Below are positions 1-11,242 of a stretch of 64,000 nt of DNA, piece after piece. The DNA is taken from the NCBI GenBank assembly GCA_964016885.1, contig OZ024745.1:59768001-59832000 (forward strand). The letters are read 5' to 3'. Under the pieces are notes generated by a model. That model was not told the DNA's origin. It worked only from the letters and a program-made list of their open reading frames with translations, and made no database searches. Each line of letters starts with the position of its first letter. Within the stretch, counting starts at the first letter, position 1. This stretch comes from Eledone cirrhosa. Taxonomy: Eukaryota. The translations under genes were made by a program, and so were the position numbers.

Positions 1-3000
1 TGGAGTGAGAACCTCGACTTGGAGTGAAAACCTCGACTTGGAGTGAAAACCTCGACTTGGAGTGAAAACCTCGACTTGGAGTGAAAACCTAGACTTGGAG
101 TGAAAACCTCGATTTGGAGTGAAAACCTAGACTTGGAGTGAAAACCTCGATTTGGAGTGAAAACCTCGACTTGGAGTGAGAACCTCGACTTGGAGTGAGA
201 ACCTCGACTTGGAGTGAAAACCTCGACTTGAAGTGAGAACCTCGACTTGGAGTGAGAACCTCGACTTGGAGTGAGAACCTCGACTTGGAGTGAGAACCTC
301 GACTTGGAGTGAGAACCGCGACTTGGAGTGAAAACCTCGACTTGGAGTGAGAACCTCGACTTGGAGTGAAAACCTCGACTTGGAGTGAAAACCTCGACTT
401 GGAGTGAAAACCTCGACTTGGAGTGAAAACCTCGGCTTGGAGTGAAAACCTCGACTTGGAGTGAAAACCTCGACTTGGAGTGAAAACCTCGACTTGGAGT
501 GAGAACCTCGAGTTGGAGTGAAAACCTCGATTTGGAGTGAAAACCTCGACTTGGAGTGAAAACCTCGACTTGGAGTGAAAACCTCGACTTGGAGTGAAAA
601 CCTAGACTTGGAGTGAAAACCTCGATTTGGAGTGAAAACCTAGACTTGGAGTGAAAACCTCGACTTGGAGTGAGAACCTCGACTTGGAGTGAGAACCTCG
701 ACTTGGAGTGAAAACCTCGACTTGGAGTGAGAACCTCGACTTGGAGTGAGAACCTCGACTTGGAGTGAGAACCTCGACTTGGAGTGAAAACCTCGACTTG
801 GAGTGAGAACCTCGACTTGGAGTGAAAACCTCGACTTGGAGTGAGAACCTCGCCTTGGAGTGAAAACCTCGACTTGGAGTGAAAACTTCGACTTGGAGTG
901 AGAACCTCGACTTGGAGTGAAAACCTCGACTTGGAGTGAGAACCTCGACCTGGAGTGAAAACCTCGACTTGGAGTGAGAACCTCGACTTGGAGTGAGAAC
1001 CTCGACTTGGAGTGAGAACCTCGACTTGGAGTGAGAACCTCGATTTGGAGTGAAAACCTCGACTTGGAGTGAAAACCTCGACTTGGAGTGAGAACCTCGA
1101 CTTGGAGTGAAAACCTCGACTTGGAGTGAGAACCTCGACTTGGAGTGAAAACCTCGACTTGGAGTGAAAACCTCGACTTGGAGTGAAAACCTCGACTTGG
1201 AGTGAAAACATCGACTTGGAGTGAGAACCTCGACTTGGAGTGAGAACCTCGACTTGGAGTGAAAACCTCGACTTGGAGTGAGAACCTCGACTTGGAGTGA
1301 AAACCTCGACTTGGAGTGAGAACCTCGACTTGGAGTGAAAACCTCGACTTGGAGTGAAAACCTCGACTTGGAGTGAGAACCTCGACTTGGAGTGAAAACC
1401 TCGACTTGGAGTGAGAACCTCGCCTTGGAATGAAAACCTCGACTTGGAGTGAGAACCTCGACTTGGAGTGAGAACCTCGATTTGGAGTGAGAACCTCGAC
1501 TTGGAGTGAAAACCTCGACTTGGAGTGAAAACCTCGACTTGGAGTGAAAACCTCGACTTGGAGTGAAAACCTAGACTTGGAGTGAAAACCTCGATTTGGA
1601 GTGAAAACCTAGACTTGGAGTGAAAACCTCGATTTGGAGTGAAAACCTCGACTTGGAGTGAGAACCTCGACTTGGAGTGAGAACCTCGACTTGGAGTGAA
1701 AACCTCGACTTGAAGTGAGAACCTCGACTTGGAGTGAGAACCTCGACTTGGAGTGAGAACCTCGACTTGGAGTGAAAACCTCGACTTGGAGTGAGAACCT
1801 CGACTTGGAGTGAAAACCTCGACTTGGAGTGAGAACCTCGCCTTGGAGTGAAAACCTCGACTTGGAGTGAAAACTTCGACTTGGAGTGAGAACCTCGACT
1901 TGGAGTGAAAACCTCGACTTGGAGTGAGAACCTCGACCTGGAGTGAAAACCTCGACTTGGAGTGAGAACCTCGACTTGGAGTGAGAACCTCGACTTGGAG
2001 TGAAAACCTCGACTTGGAGTGAAAACCTCGACTTGGAGTGAAAACCTCGACTTGGAGTGAGAACCTCGACTTGGAGTGAGAACCTCGATTTGGAGTGAGA
2101 ACCTCGACTTGGAGTGAAAACCTCGATTTGGAGTGAGAATCTCGACTTGGAGTGAAAACCTCGATTTGGAGTGAAAACCTCGACTTGGAGTGAAAACCTC
2201 GACTTGGAGTGAGAACCTCGACTTGGAGTGAGAACCTCGACTTGGAGTGAGAACCTCGACTTGGAGTGAGAACCTCGACTTGGAGTGAGAACCGCGACTT
2301 GGAGTGAAAACCTCGACTTGGAGTGAGAACCTCGACTTGGAGTGAGAACCTCGACTTGGAGTGAGAACCTCGACTTGGAGTGAAAACCTCGACTTGGAGT
2401 GAAAACCTCGACTTGGAGTGAAAACCTCGACTTGGAGTGAAAACCTCGACTTGGAGTGAAAATCTCGACTTGGAGTGAGAACCTCGACTTGGAGTGAGAA
2501 CCTCGACTTGGAGTGAAAACCTCGACTTGGAGTGACAACCTCGACTTGGAGTGAAAACCTCGACTTGGAGTGAAAACCTCGACTTGGAGTGAGAACCTCG
2601 ACTTGGAGTGAGAACCTCGACTTGGAGTGAGAACCTCGACTTGGAGTGAGAACCTCGACTTGGAGTGAAAACCTCGACTTGGAGTGAGAACCTCGACTTG
2701 GGTTGAAAACCTCGACTTGGAGTGAGAACCTCGACTTGGAGTGAGAACCTCGACTTGGGGTGAAAACCTAGACTTGGGGTGAAAACCTCGACTTGGAGTG
2801 AAAACCTCGACTTGGAGTGAAAACCTCGACTTGGAGTGAAAACCTCGACTTGGAGTGAAAACCTCGACTTGGAGTGAAAACCTCGACTTGGAGTGAAAAC
2901 CTCGACTAGGAGTGAAAACCTCGACTTGGAGTGAGAACCTCGACTTGGAGTGAAAACCTCGATTTGGAGTGAAAACCTCGACTTGGAGTGAAAACCTCGA

Positions 3001-3663
3001 CTTGGAGTGAGAACCTCGACTTGGAGTGAGAACCTCGACTTGGAGTGAAAACCTCGACATGGAGTGAAAACCTCGACTTGGAGTGAAAACCTCGACTTGG
3101 AGTGAAAACCTCGACATGGAGTGAAAACCTCGACTTGGAGTGAAAACCTCGACTTGGAGTGAAAACCTCGACATGGAGTGAAAACCTCGACTTGGAGTGA
3201 AAACCTCGACTTGGAGTGAGAACCTCGACTTGGAGTGAAAACCTCGACTTGGAGTGAAAACCTCGACTTGGAGTAAGAACCTCGACTTGGAGTGAAAACC
3301 TCGACTTGGAGTGAAAACCTCGACTTGGAGTGAGAACCTCGACTTGGAGTGAGAACCTCGACTTGGAGTGAAAACCTCGACTTGGAGTGAAAACCTCGAC
3401 TTGGAGTGAAAACCTCGACTTGAAGTGAAAACCTCGACTTGGAGTGAGAACTTCGACTTGGAGTGACAACCTCGACTTGGAGTGACAACCTCGACTTGGA
3501 GTGAAAACCTCGACTTGGAGTGAGAACCACGACTTGGAGTGAAAACCTCGACTTGGAGTGAGAACCTCGACTTGGAGTGAAAACCTCGACTTGGAGTGAA
3601 AAGCTCGACTTGGAATGAGAACCTCGACTTGGAGTGAGAACCTCGACTTGGAGTGAGAACCTC

Positions 3664-3701
3664 GACTTGGAGTGTAAACTGCGACTCTGAGTGAAAACCT
3701 C
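3664..3701 (+). repeat. 'Empty cassette' dimer GACTTGGAGTGTAAACTGC-GACTCTGAGTGAAAACCTC (first of about 28 copies)
   Basis: The cassette's first monomer type is joined directly to its last. Also near 5848, 8165, 10806, 12117, 14415, 14700, 15422, 20096, 20362, 23801, 24105, 26670, 41508, 42439, 42705, 45022, 46808, 46979, 47625, 47910, 51302, 51587, 52594, 54418, 57553, 61714, 63082. Confidence 0.9.
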
Positions 3702-4138
3702 GACTTGGAGTGAGAACCTCGACTTGGAGTGAAAACCTAGACTTGGAGTGAGAACCTCGACTTGGAGTGAAAACCTCGACTTGGAGTGAGAACCTCGACT
3801 TGGAGTGAAAACCTCGACTTGGAGTGAGAACCTCGACTTGGAGTGAAAACCTCGACTTGGAGTGAGAACCTCGACTTGGAGTGAAAACCTCGACTTGGAG
3901 TCAGAACCTCGGCTTGGAGTCAGAACCTCGACTTGGAGTGAAAACCTCGACTTGGAGTGAAAACCTCGACTTGGAGTGAAAACCTCGACTTGGAGTGAGA
4001 ACCTCGACTTGGAGTGAGAACCTCGACTTGGAGTGAAAACCTCGACTTGGAGTGAGAACCTCTACTTGGAGTGAAAACCTCGACTTGAAGTGTAAACTGC
4101 GACTTGGAGTGAGAACCTCGACTTGGAGTGAAAACCTC

Positions 4139-4594
4139 GACTTGGAGTGTAAACTGCGACTTGGAGTGTAAACTGCGACTTGGAGTGTAATGTACAACTT
4201 GGAGCATAATGTACAACTTGGAGCATAATGTACGACTTGGCGCATAATGTACGACTTAGAGTGTAATGTAGGACTTAGAGTGTAATGTAGGAATTAGAGT
4301 GTAATGTAGGACTTAGAGTGTAATGTAGGACTTAGAGTGTAATGTAGGACTAGGAGCATAATGTAGGACTAGGAGCATAATGTACGACTTGGAGTGTAAT
4401 GTAGGACTTGGAGTGTAATGTAGGACTTGGAGTGTAAACTGCGAGTTGAAATATAAATTGCGACTTGGATTGTAAATCTTGACTTGCAGTGTATTGAACA
4501 ACTTGGGGTGTATACTGCGGCTTGGAGTGTAAACTGCGGCTCCGAATATAAACTACGACTTGCAGTGTCATATATGACTCTGAGTGAAAACCTC
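4139..4594 (+). repeat. Diverged-monomer cassette 1 (24 x 19 bp; haplotype GGCGCATA + GATTGTAAATCTT)
   Basis: Order: TGTAAACTGC x2, TGTAATGTAC, GCATAATGTAC x3, GACTTAGAGTGTAATGTAG x5, GACTAGGAGCATAATGTAS x2, TGTAATGTAG x2, TGTAAACTGC, 7 unique monomers, GACTCTGAGTGAAAACCTC. 456 bp = 24x19. Confidence 0.95.
4563..4582. other. 20-bp quasi-palindrome CAGTGTCATATATGACTCTG (perfect 12-bp core GTCATATATGAC) at the cassette right end; 19 copies in the window
   Basis: Left arm CAGTGTCATA versus reverse complement of the right arm CAGAGTCATA: 9/10 match. Function unknown. Confidence 0.9.
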
Positions 4595-6322
4595 GACTTG
4601 GAGTGAAAACCTCGACTTGGAGTGAGAACCTCGATTGGAGTGAGAACCTCGACTTGGAGTGAAAACCTCGACTTGGAGTGAGAACCTCGACTTGGAGTGA
4701 AAACCTCGACTTGGAGTGAAAACCTCGACTTGGAGTGAGAACCTCGACTTGGAGTGAGAACCTCGACTTGGAGTGAGAACCTCGACTTGGAGTGAGAACC
4801 TCGACTTGGAGTGAGAACCTCGACTTGGAGTGAGAACCTCGACTTGGAGTAAGAACCTCGACTTGGAGTGAAAACCTCGACTTGGAGTGAGAACCTCGAC
4901 TTGGAGTGAAAACCTCGACTTGGAGTGAAAACCTCGACTTGGAGTGAGAACCTCGACTTGGAGTGAAAACCTCGACTTGGAGTGAAAACCTCGACTTGGA
5001 GTGAAAACCTCGACTTGGAGTGAAAACCTCGACTTGGAGTGAGAACCTCGACTTGGAGTGAGAACCTCGACTTGGAGTGAAAACCTCGATTTGGAGTGAA
5101 AACCTCGACTTGGAGTGAAAACCTCGACTTGGAGTGAGAACCTCGACTTGGAGTGAGAACCTCGACTTGGAGTGAAAACCTCGACATGGAGTGAAAACCT
5201 CGACTTGGAGTGAAAACCTCGACTTGGAGTGAAAACCTCGACATGGAGTGAAAACCTCGACTTGGAGTGAAAACCTCGACTTGGAGTGAAAACCTCGACA
5301 TGGAGTGAAAACCTCGACTTGGAGTGAAAACCTCGACTTGGAGTGAGAACCTCGACTTGGAGTGAAAACCTCGACTTGGAGTGAAAACCTCGACTTGGAG
5401 TGAAAACCTCGACTTGGAGTAAGAACCTCGACTTGGAGTGAAAACCTCGACTTGGAGTGAAAACCTCGACTTGGAGTGAAAACCTCGACTTGGAGTGAGA
5501 ACCTCGACTTGGAGTGAGAACCTCGACTTGGAGTGAAAACCTCGACTTGGAGTGAAAACCTCGACTTGGAGTGAAAACCTCGACTTGAAGTGAAAACCTC
5601 GACTTGGAGTGAAAACCTCGACTTGAAGTGAAAACCTCGACTTGGAGTGACAACCTCGACTTGGAGTGACAACCTCGACTTGGAGTGAAAACCTCGACTT
5701 GGAGTGAGAACCACGACTTGGAGTGAAAACCTCGACTTGGAGTGAGAACCTCGACTTGGAGTGAAAACCTCGACTTGGAGTGAAAAGCTCGACTTGGAAT
5801 GAGAACCTCGACTTGGAGTGAGAACCTCGACTTGGAGTGAAAACCTCGACTTGGAGTGTAAACTGCGACTCTGAGTGAAAACCTCGACTTGGAGTGAGAA
5901 CCTCGACTTGGAGTGAAAACCTAGACTTGGAGTGAGAACCTCGACTTGGAGTGAAAACCTCGACTTGGAGTGAGAACCTCGACTTGGAGTGAAAACCTCG
6001 ACTTGGAGTGAGAACCTCGACTTGGAGTGAAAACCTCGACTTGGAGTGAGAACCTCGACTTGGAGTGAAAACCTCGACTTGGAGTCAGAACCTCGGCTTG
6101 GAGTCAGAACCTCGACTTGGAGTGAAAACCTCGACTTGGAGTGAAAACCTCGACTTGGAGTGAAAACCTCGACTTGGAGTGAGAACCTCGACTTGGAGTG
6201 AGAACCTCGACTTGGAGTGAAAACCTCGACTTGGAGTGAGAACCTCTACTTGGAGTGAAAACCTCGACTTGAAGTGTAAACTGCGACTTGGAGTGAGAAC
6301 CTCGACTTGGAGTGAAAACCTC

Positions 6323-6759
6323 GACTTGGAGTGTAAACTGCGACTTGGAGTGTAAACTGCGACTTGGAGTGTAATGTACAACTTGGAGCATAATGTACAA
6401 CTTGGAGCATAATGTACGACTTGGCGCATAATGTACGACTTAGAGTGTAATGTAGGACTTAGAGTGTAATGTAGGACTTAGAGTGTAATGTAGGACTTAG
6501 AGTGTAATGTAGGACTAGGAGCATAATGTAGGACTAGGAGCATAATGTACGACTTGGAGTGTAATGTAGGACTTGGAGTGTAATGTAGGACTTGGAGTGT
6601 AAACTGCGAGTTGAAATATAAATTGCGACTTGGATTGTAAATCTTGACTTGCAGTGTATTGAACAACTTGGGGTGTATACTGCGGCTTGGAGTGTAAACT
6701 GCGGCTCCGAATATAAACTACGACTTGCAGTGTCATATATGACTCTGAGTGAAAACCTC
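6323..6759 (+). repeat. Cassette 2 (23 monomers; same haplotype as cassette 1)
   Basis: Same monomer order with 4 TTAG monomers; 437 bp. Confidence 0.95.
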
Positions 6760-8715
6760 GACTTGGAGTGAAAACCTCGACTTGGAGTGAGAACCTCGAT
6801 TGGAGTGAGAACCTCGACTTGGAGTGAAAACCTCGACTTGGAGTGAGAACCTCGACTTGGAGTGAAAACCTCGACTTGGAGTGAAAACCTCGACTTGGAG
6901 TGAGAACCTCGACTTGGAGTGAGAACCTCGACTTGGAGTGAGAACCTCGACTTGGAGTGAGAACCTCGACTTGGAGTGAGAACCTCGACTTGGAGTGAGA
7001 ACCTCGACTTGGAGTAAGAACCTCGACTTGGAGTGAAAACCTCGACTTGGAGTGAAAACCTCGACTTGGAGTGAAAACCTCGACTTGGAGTGAAAACCTC
7101 GACTTGGAGTGAGAACCTCGACTTGGAGTGAAAACCTCGACTTGGAGTGAAAACCTCGACTTGGAGTGAAAACCTCGACTTGGAGTGAAAACCTCGACTT
7201 GGAGTGAGAACCTCGACTTGGAGTGAGAACCTCGACTTGGAGTGAAAACCTCGACTTGGAGTGAGAACCTCGACTTGGAGTGAAAACCTCGACTTGGAGT
7301 GAGAACCTCGACTTGGAGTGAGAACCTCGACTTGGAGTGAAAACCTCGACTTGGAGTGAGAACCTCGACTTGGAGTGAGAACCTCGACTTGGAGTGAGAA
7401 CCTCGACTTGGAGTGAAAACCTCGACTTGGAGTGAAAACCTCGACTTGGAGTGAAAACCTCGACTTGGATTGAGAACCTCGACTTGGAGTGAAAACCTCG
7501 ACTTGGAGTGAGAACCTCGACTCGGAGTGAGAACCTCGACTCGGAGTGAGAACCTCGACTTGGAGTGAAAACCTCGACTTGGAGTCAGAACCTCGACTTG
7601 GAGTCAGAACCTCGACTTGGAGTCAGAACCTCGACTTGGAGTGAAAACCTCGACTTGGGGTGAAAACCTCGACTTGGAGTGAGAAACTCGACTTGGAGTG
7701 AGAACCTCGACTTGGAGTGAGAACCTCGACTTGGAGTGAAAACCTCGACTTGGAGTGAGAACCTCGACTTGGAGTGAAAACCTCGACTTGGAGTGAGAAC
7801 CTCGACTTGGAGTGAGAACCTCGACTTGGAGTGAGAACCTCGACTTGGAGTGAGAACCTTGACTTGGAGTGAAAACCTCGACTTGGAGTGAGAACCTCGA
7901 CTTGGAGTGAAAACCTCGACTTGGAGTGAAAACCTCGACTTGGAGTGAGAACCTCGACTTGGAGTGAAAACCTCGACTTGGAGTGAGAACCTCGACTTGG
8001 AGTGAAAACCTCGACTTGGAGTGAGAACCTCGACTTGGAGTGAGAACCTCGACTTGGAGTGAAAACCTCGACTTGGAGTGAGAACCTCGACTTGGGGTGA
8101 GAACCTCGACTTGGAGTGAGAACCTCGACTTGGAGTGAGAACCTCGACTTGGAGTGAGAACCTCGACTTGGAGTGTAAACTGCGACTCTGAGTGAAAACC
8201 TCGACTTGGAGTGAGAACCTCGACTTGGAGTGAAAACCTCGACTTGGAGTGAGAACCTCGACTTGGAGTGAGAACCTCGACTTGGAGTGAAAACCTCGAC
8301 TTGGAGTGAAAACCTCGACTTGGAGTGAGAACCTCGACTTGGAGTGAAAACCTCGACTTGGAGTGAAAACCTCGACTTGGAGTGAGAACCTCGACTTGGA
8401 GTGAGAACCTCGACTTGGAGTGAGAACCTCGACTTGGAGTGAAAACCTCGACTTGGAGTCAGAACCTTGACTTGGAGTCAGAACCTCGACTTGGAGTCAG
8501 AACCTCGACTTGGAGTGAAAACCTCGACTTGGAGTGAAAACCTCGACTTGGAGTGAGAAGCTCGACTTGGAGTGAGAACCTCGACTTGGAGTGAAAACCT
8601 CGACTTGGAGTGAGAACCTCTACTTGGAGTGAAAACCTCGACTTGGAGTGTAAACTGCGACTTGGAGTGAGAACCTCGACTTGGAGTGAAAACCTCGACT
8701 TGGAGTGAAAACCTC

Positions 8716-9171
8716 GACTTGGAGTGTAAACTGCGACTTGGAGTGTAAACTGCGACTTGGAGTGTAATGTACAACTTGGAGCATAATGTACAACTTGGAG
8801 CATAATGTACGACTTGGAGCATAATGTACGACTTAGAGTGTAATGTAGGACTTAGAGTGTAATGTAGGACTTAGAGTGTAATGTAGGACTTAGAGTGTAA
8901 TGTAGGACTTAGAGTGTAATGTAGGACTAGGAGCATAATGTAGGACTAGGAGCATAATGTACGACTTGGAGTGTAATGTAGGACTTGGAGTGTAATGTAG
9001 GACTTGGAGTGTAAACTGCGAGTTGAAATATAAATTGCGACTTGGATAGTAAACCTTGACTTGCAGTGTATTGAACAACTTGGGGTGTATACTGCGGCTT
9101 GGAGTGTAAACTGCGGCTCCGAATATAAACTACGACTTGCAGTGTCATATATGACTCTGAGTGAAAACCTC
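8716..9171 (+). repeat. Cassette 3 (24 monomers; GATAGTAAACCTT haplotype)
   Basis: Same monomer order; 456 bp. Confidence 0.95.
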
Positions 9172-11242
9172 GACTTGGAGTGAAAACCTCGACTTGGAGT
9201 GAGAACCTCGACTTGGAGTGAGAACCTCGACTTGGAGTGAAAACCTCGACTTGGAGTGAAAACCTCGACTTGGAGTGAAAACCTCGACTTGGAGTGAAAA
9301 CCTCGACTTGGAGTGAGAACCTCGACTTGGAGTGAGAACCTCGACTTGGAGTGAGAACCTCGACTTGCAGTGAAAACCTCGACTTGCAGTGAGAACCTCG
9401 ACTTGGAGTGAGAACCTCGACTTGGAGTGAAAACCTCGACTTGGAGTGAAAACCTCGACTTGGAGTGAGGACCTCGACTTGGAGTGAAAACCTCGACTTG
9501 GAGTGAAAACCTCGACTTGGAGTGAAAACCTCGACTTGGAGTGAAAACCTCGACTTGGAGTGAGAACCTCGACTTGGAGTGAAAACCTCGACTTGGAGTG
9601 AGAACCTCGACTTGGAGTGAAAACCTCGACTTGGAGTGAGAACCTCGACTTGGAGTGAGAACCTCGACTTGGAGTGAAAACCTCGACTTGGAGTGAGAAC
9701 CTCGACTTGGAGTGAGAACGTCGACTTGGAGTGAGAACCTCGACTTGGAGTGAAAACCTCGACTTGGAGTGAAAACCTCGACTTGGAGTGAGAACCTCGA
9801 CTTGGAGTGAAAACCTCGACTTGGAGTGAAAACCTCGACTTGGAGTGAGAACCTCGACTTGGAGTGAAAACCTCGACTTGGAGTGAGAACCTCGACTTGG
9901 AGTGAAAACCTCGACTTGGAGTGAGAACCTCGACTTGGAGTGAAAACCTCGACTTGGAGTGAGAACCTCGACTTGGAGTGAGAACCTCGACTTGGAGTGA
10001 GAACCTCGACTTGGAGTGAAAACCTCGACTTGGAGTGAGAACCTCGACTTGGAGTTAAAACCTCGACTTGGAGTGAGAACCTCGACTTGGAGTGAAAACC
10101 TCGACTTGGAGTGAGAACCTCGACTTGGAGTGAGAACCTCGACTTGGAGCGAAAACCTCGACTTGGAGAGAGAACCTCGACTTGGAGTGAGAACCTCGAC
10201 TTTGAGTGAAAACCTCGACTTTGAGTGAAAACCTCGACTTGGAGTGAAAACCTCGACTTGGAGTGAGAACCTCGACTTGGAGTGAAAACCTCGACTTGGA
10301 GTGAAAACCTCGACTTGGAGTGAAAACCTCGACTTGGAGTGAAAACCTCGACTTGGAGTGGAAACCTCGAGTTGGAGTGAGAACCTCGACTTGGAGTGAG
10401 AACCTCGAGTTGGAGTGAGAACCTCGACTTGGAGTGAGAACCTCGACTTGGAGTGAAAACCTCGACTTGGAGTGAAAACCTCGACTTGGAGTGAGAACCT
10501 CGACTTGGATTGAAAACCTCGACTTGGAGTGAAAACCTCGACTTGGAGTGAAAACCTCGACTTGAAGTGAAAACCTCGACTTTGAGTGAGAACTTCGACT
10601 TGGAGTGACAACCTCGACTTGGAGTGACAACCTCGACTTGGAGTGAAAACCTCGACTTGGAGTGAGAACCACGACTTGGAGTGAAAACCTCGACTTGGAG
10701 TGAGAACCTCGACTTGGAGTGAAAACCTCGACTTGGAGTGAAAACCTCGACTTGGAATGAGAACCTCGACTTGGAGTGAGAACCTCAACTTGGAGTGAGA
10801 ACCTCGACTTGGAGTGTAAACTGCGACTCTGAGTGAAAACCTCGACTTGGAGTGAGAACCTCGACTTGGAGTGAAAACCTAGACTTGGAGTGAGAACCTC
10901 GACTTGGAGTGAAAACCTCGACTTGGAGTGAGAACCTCGACTTGGAGTGAAAACCTCGACTTGGAGTGAGAACCTCGACTTGGAGTGAAAACCTCGACTT
11001 GGAGTCAGAACCTCGGATAGGAGTCAGAACCTCGACTTGGAGTGAAAACCTCGACTTGGAGTGAAAACCTCGACTTGGAGTGAAAACCTCGACTTGGAGT
11101 GAGAACCTCGACTTGGAGTGAGAACCTCGACTTGGAGTGAAAACCTCGACTTGGAGTGAGAACCTCTACTTGGAGTGAAAACCTCGACTTGAAGTGTAAA
11201 CTGCGACTTGGAGTGAGAACCTCGACTTGGAGTGAAAACCTC

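Larger units (their letters stand above)
2940..7020 (+). repeat. ~2.1-2.2 kb tandem duplication containing cassettes 1 and 2
   Basis: Triple GACATGG at 3056/3113/3170 recurs at +2127. The cassette lead-in recurs at +2184. An 18-bp monomer follows both cassettes. Confidence 0.88.

Noticed and set aside
4348-4385. AGGAG-CATA-ATG-TAG (Shine-Dalgarno plus start-stop) and CATAAT/TATAAA promoter-like boxes in cassettes
   Set aside because: GGAG is part of every monomer, and short AT-rich boxes are expected by chance. There is no downstream gene and no evidence of a prokaryotic context.
4313-4501. Recurrent 62-aa and 73-aa ORFs (MFNTLQVK..., MTLQVVVY...) in cassettes
   Set aside because: These are translations of diverged 19-mers in overlapping frames with no recognisable protein family. 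They are useful only as cassette markers.
4139-4594. CRISPR-like look (constant part plus variable part)
   Set aside because: The constant part is ~11 nt and the variable part ~8 nt, far below CRISPR repeat and spacer sizes. The variable parts are related to each other and repeated, and there are no cas genes or leader.
4139-4594. Cassette as an inserted transposon (MITE, Helitron or SINE)
   Set aside because: No terminal inverted repeats, target-site duplication, poly(A) tail or CTRR end after the hairpin. The cassette is made entirely of in-phase satellite-derived monomers.
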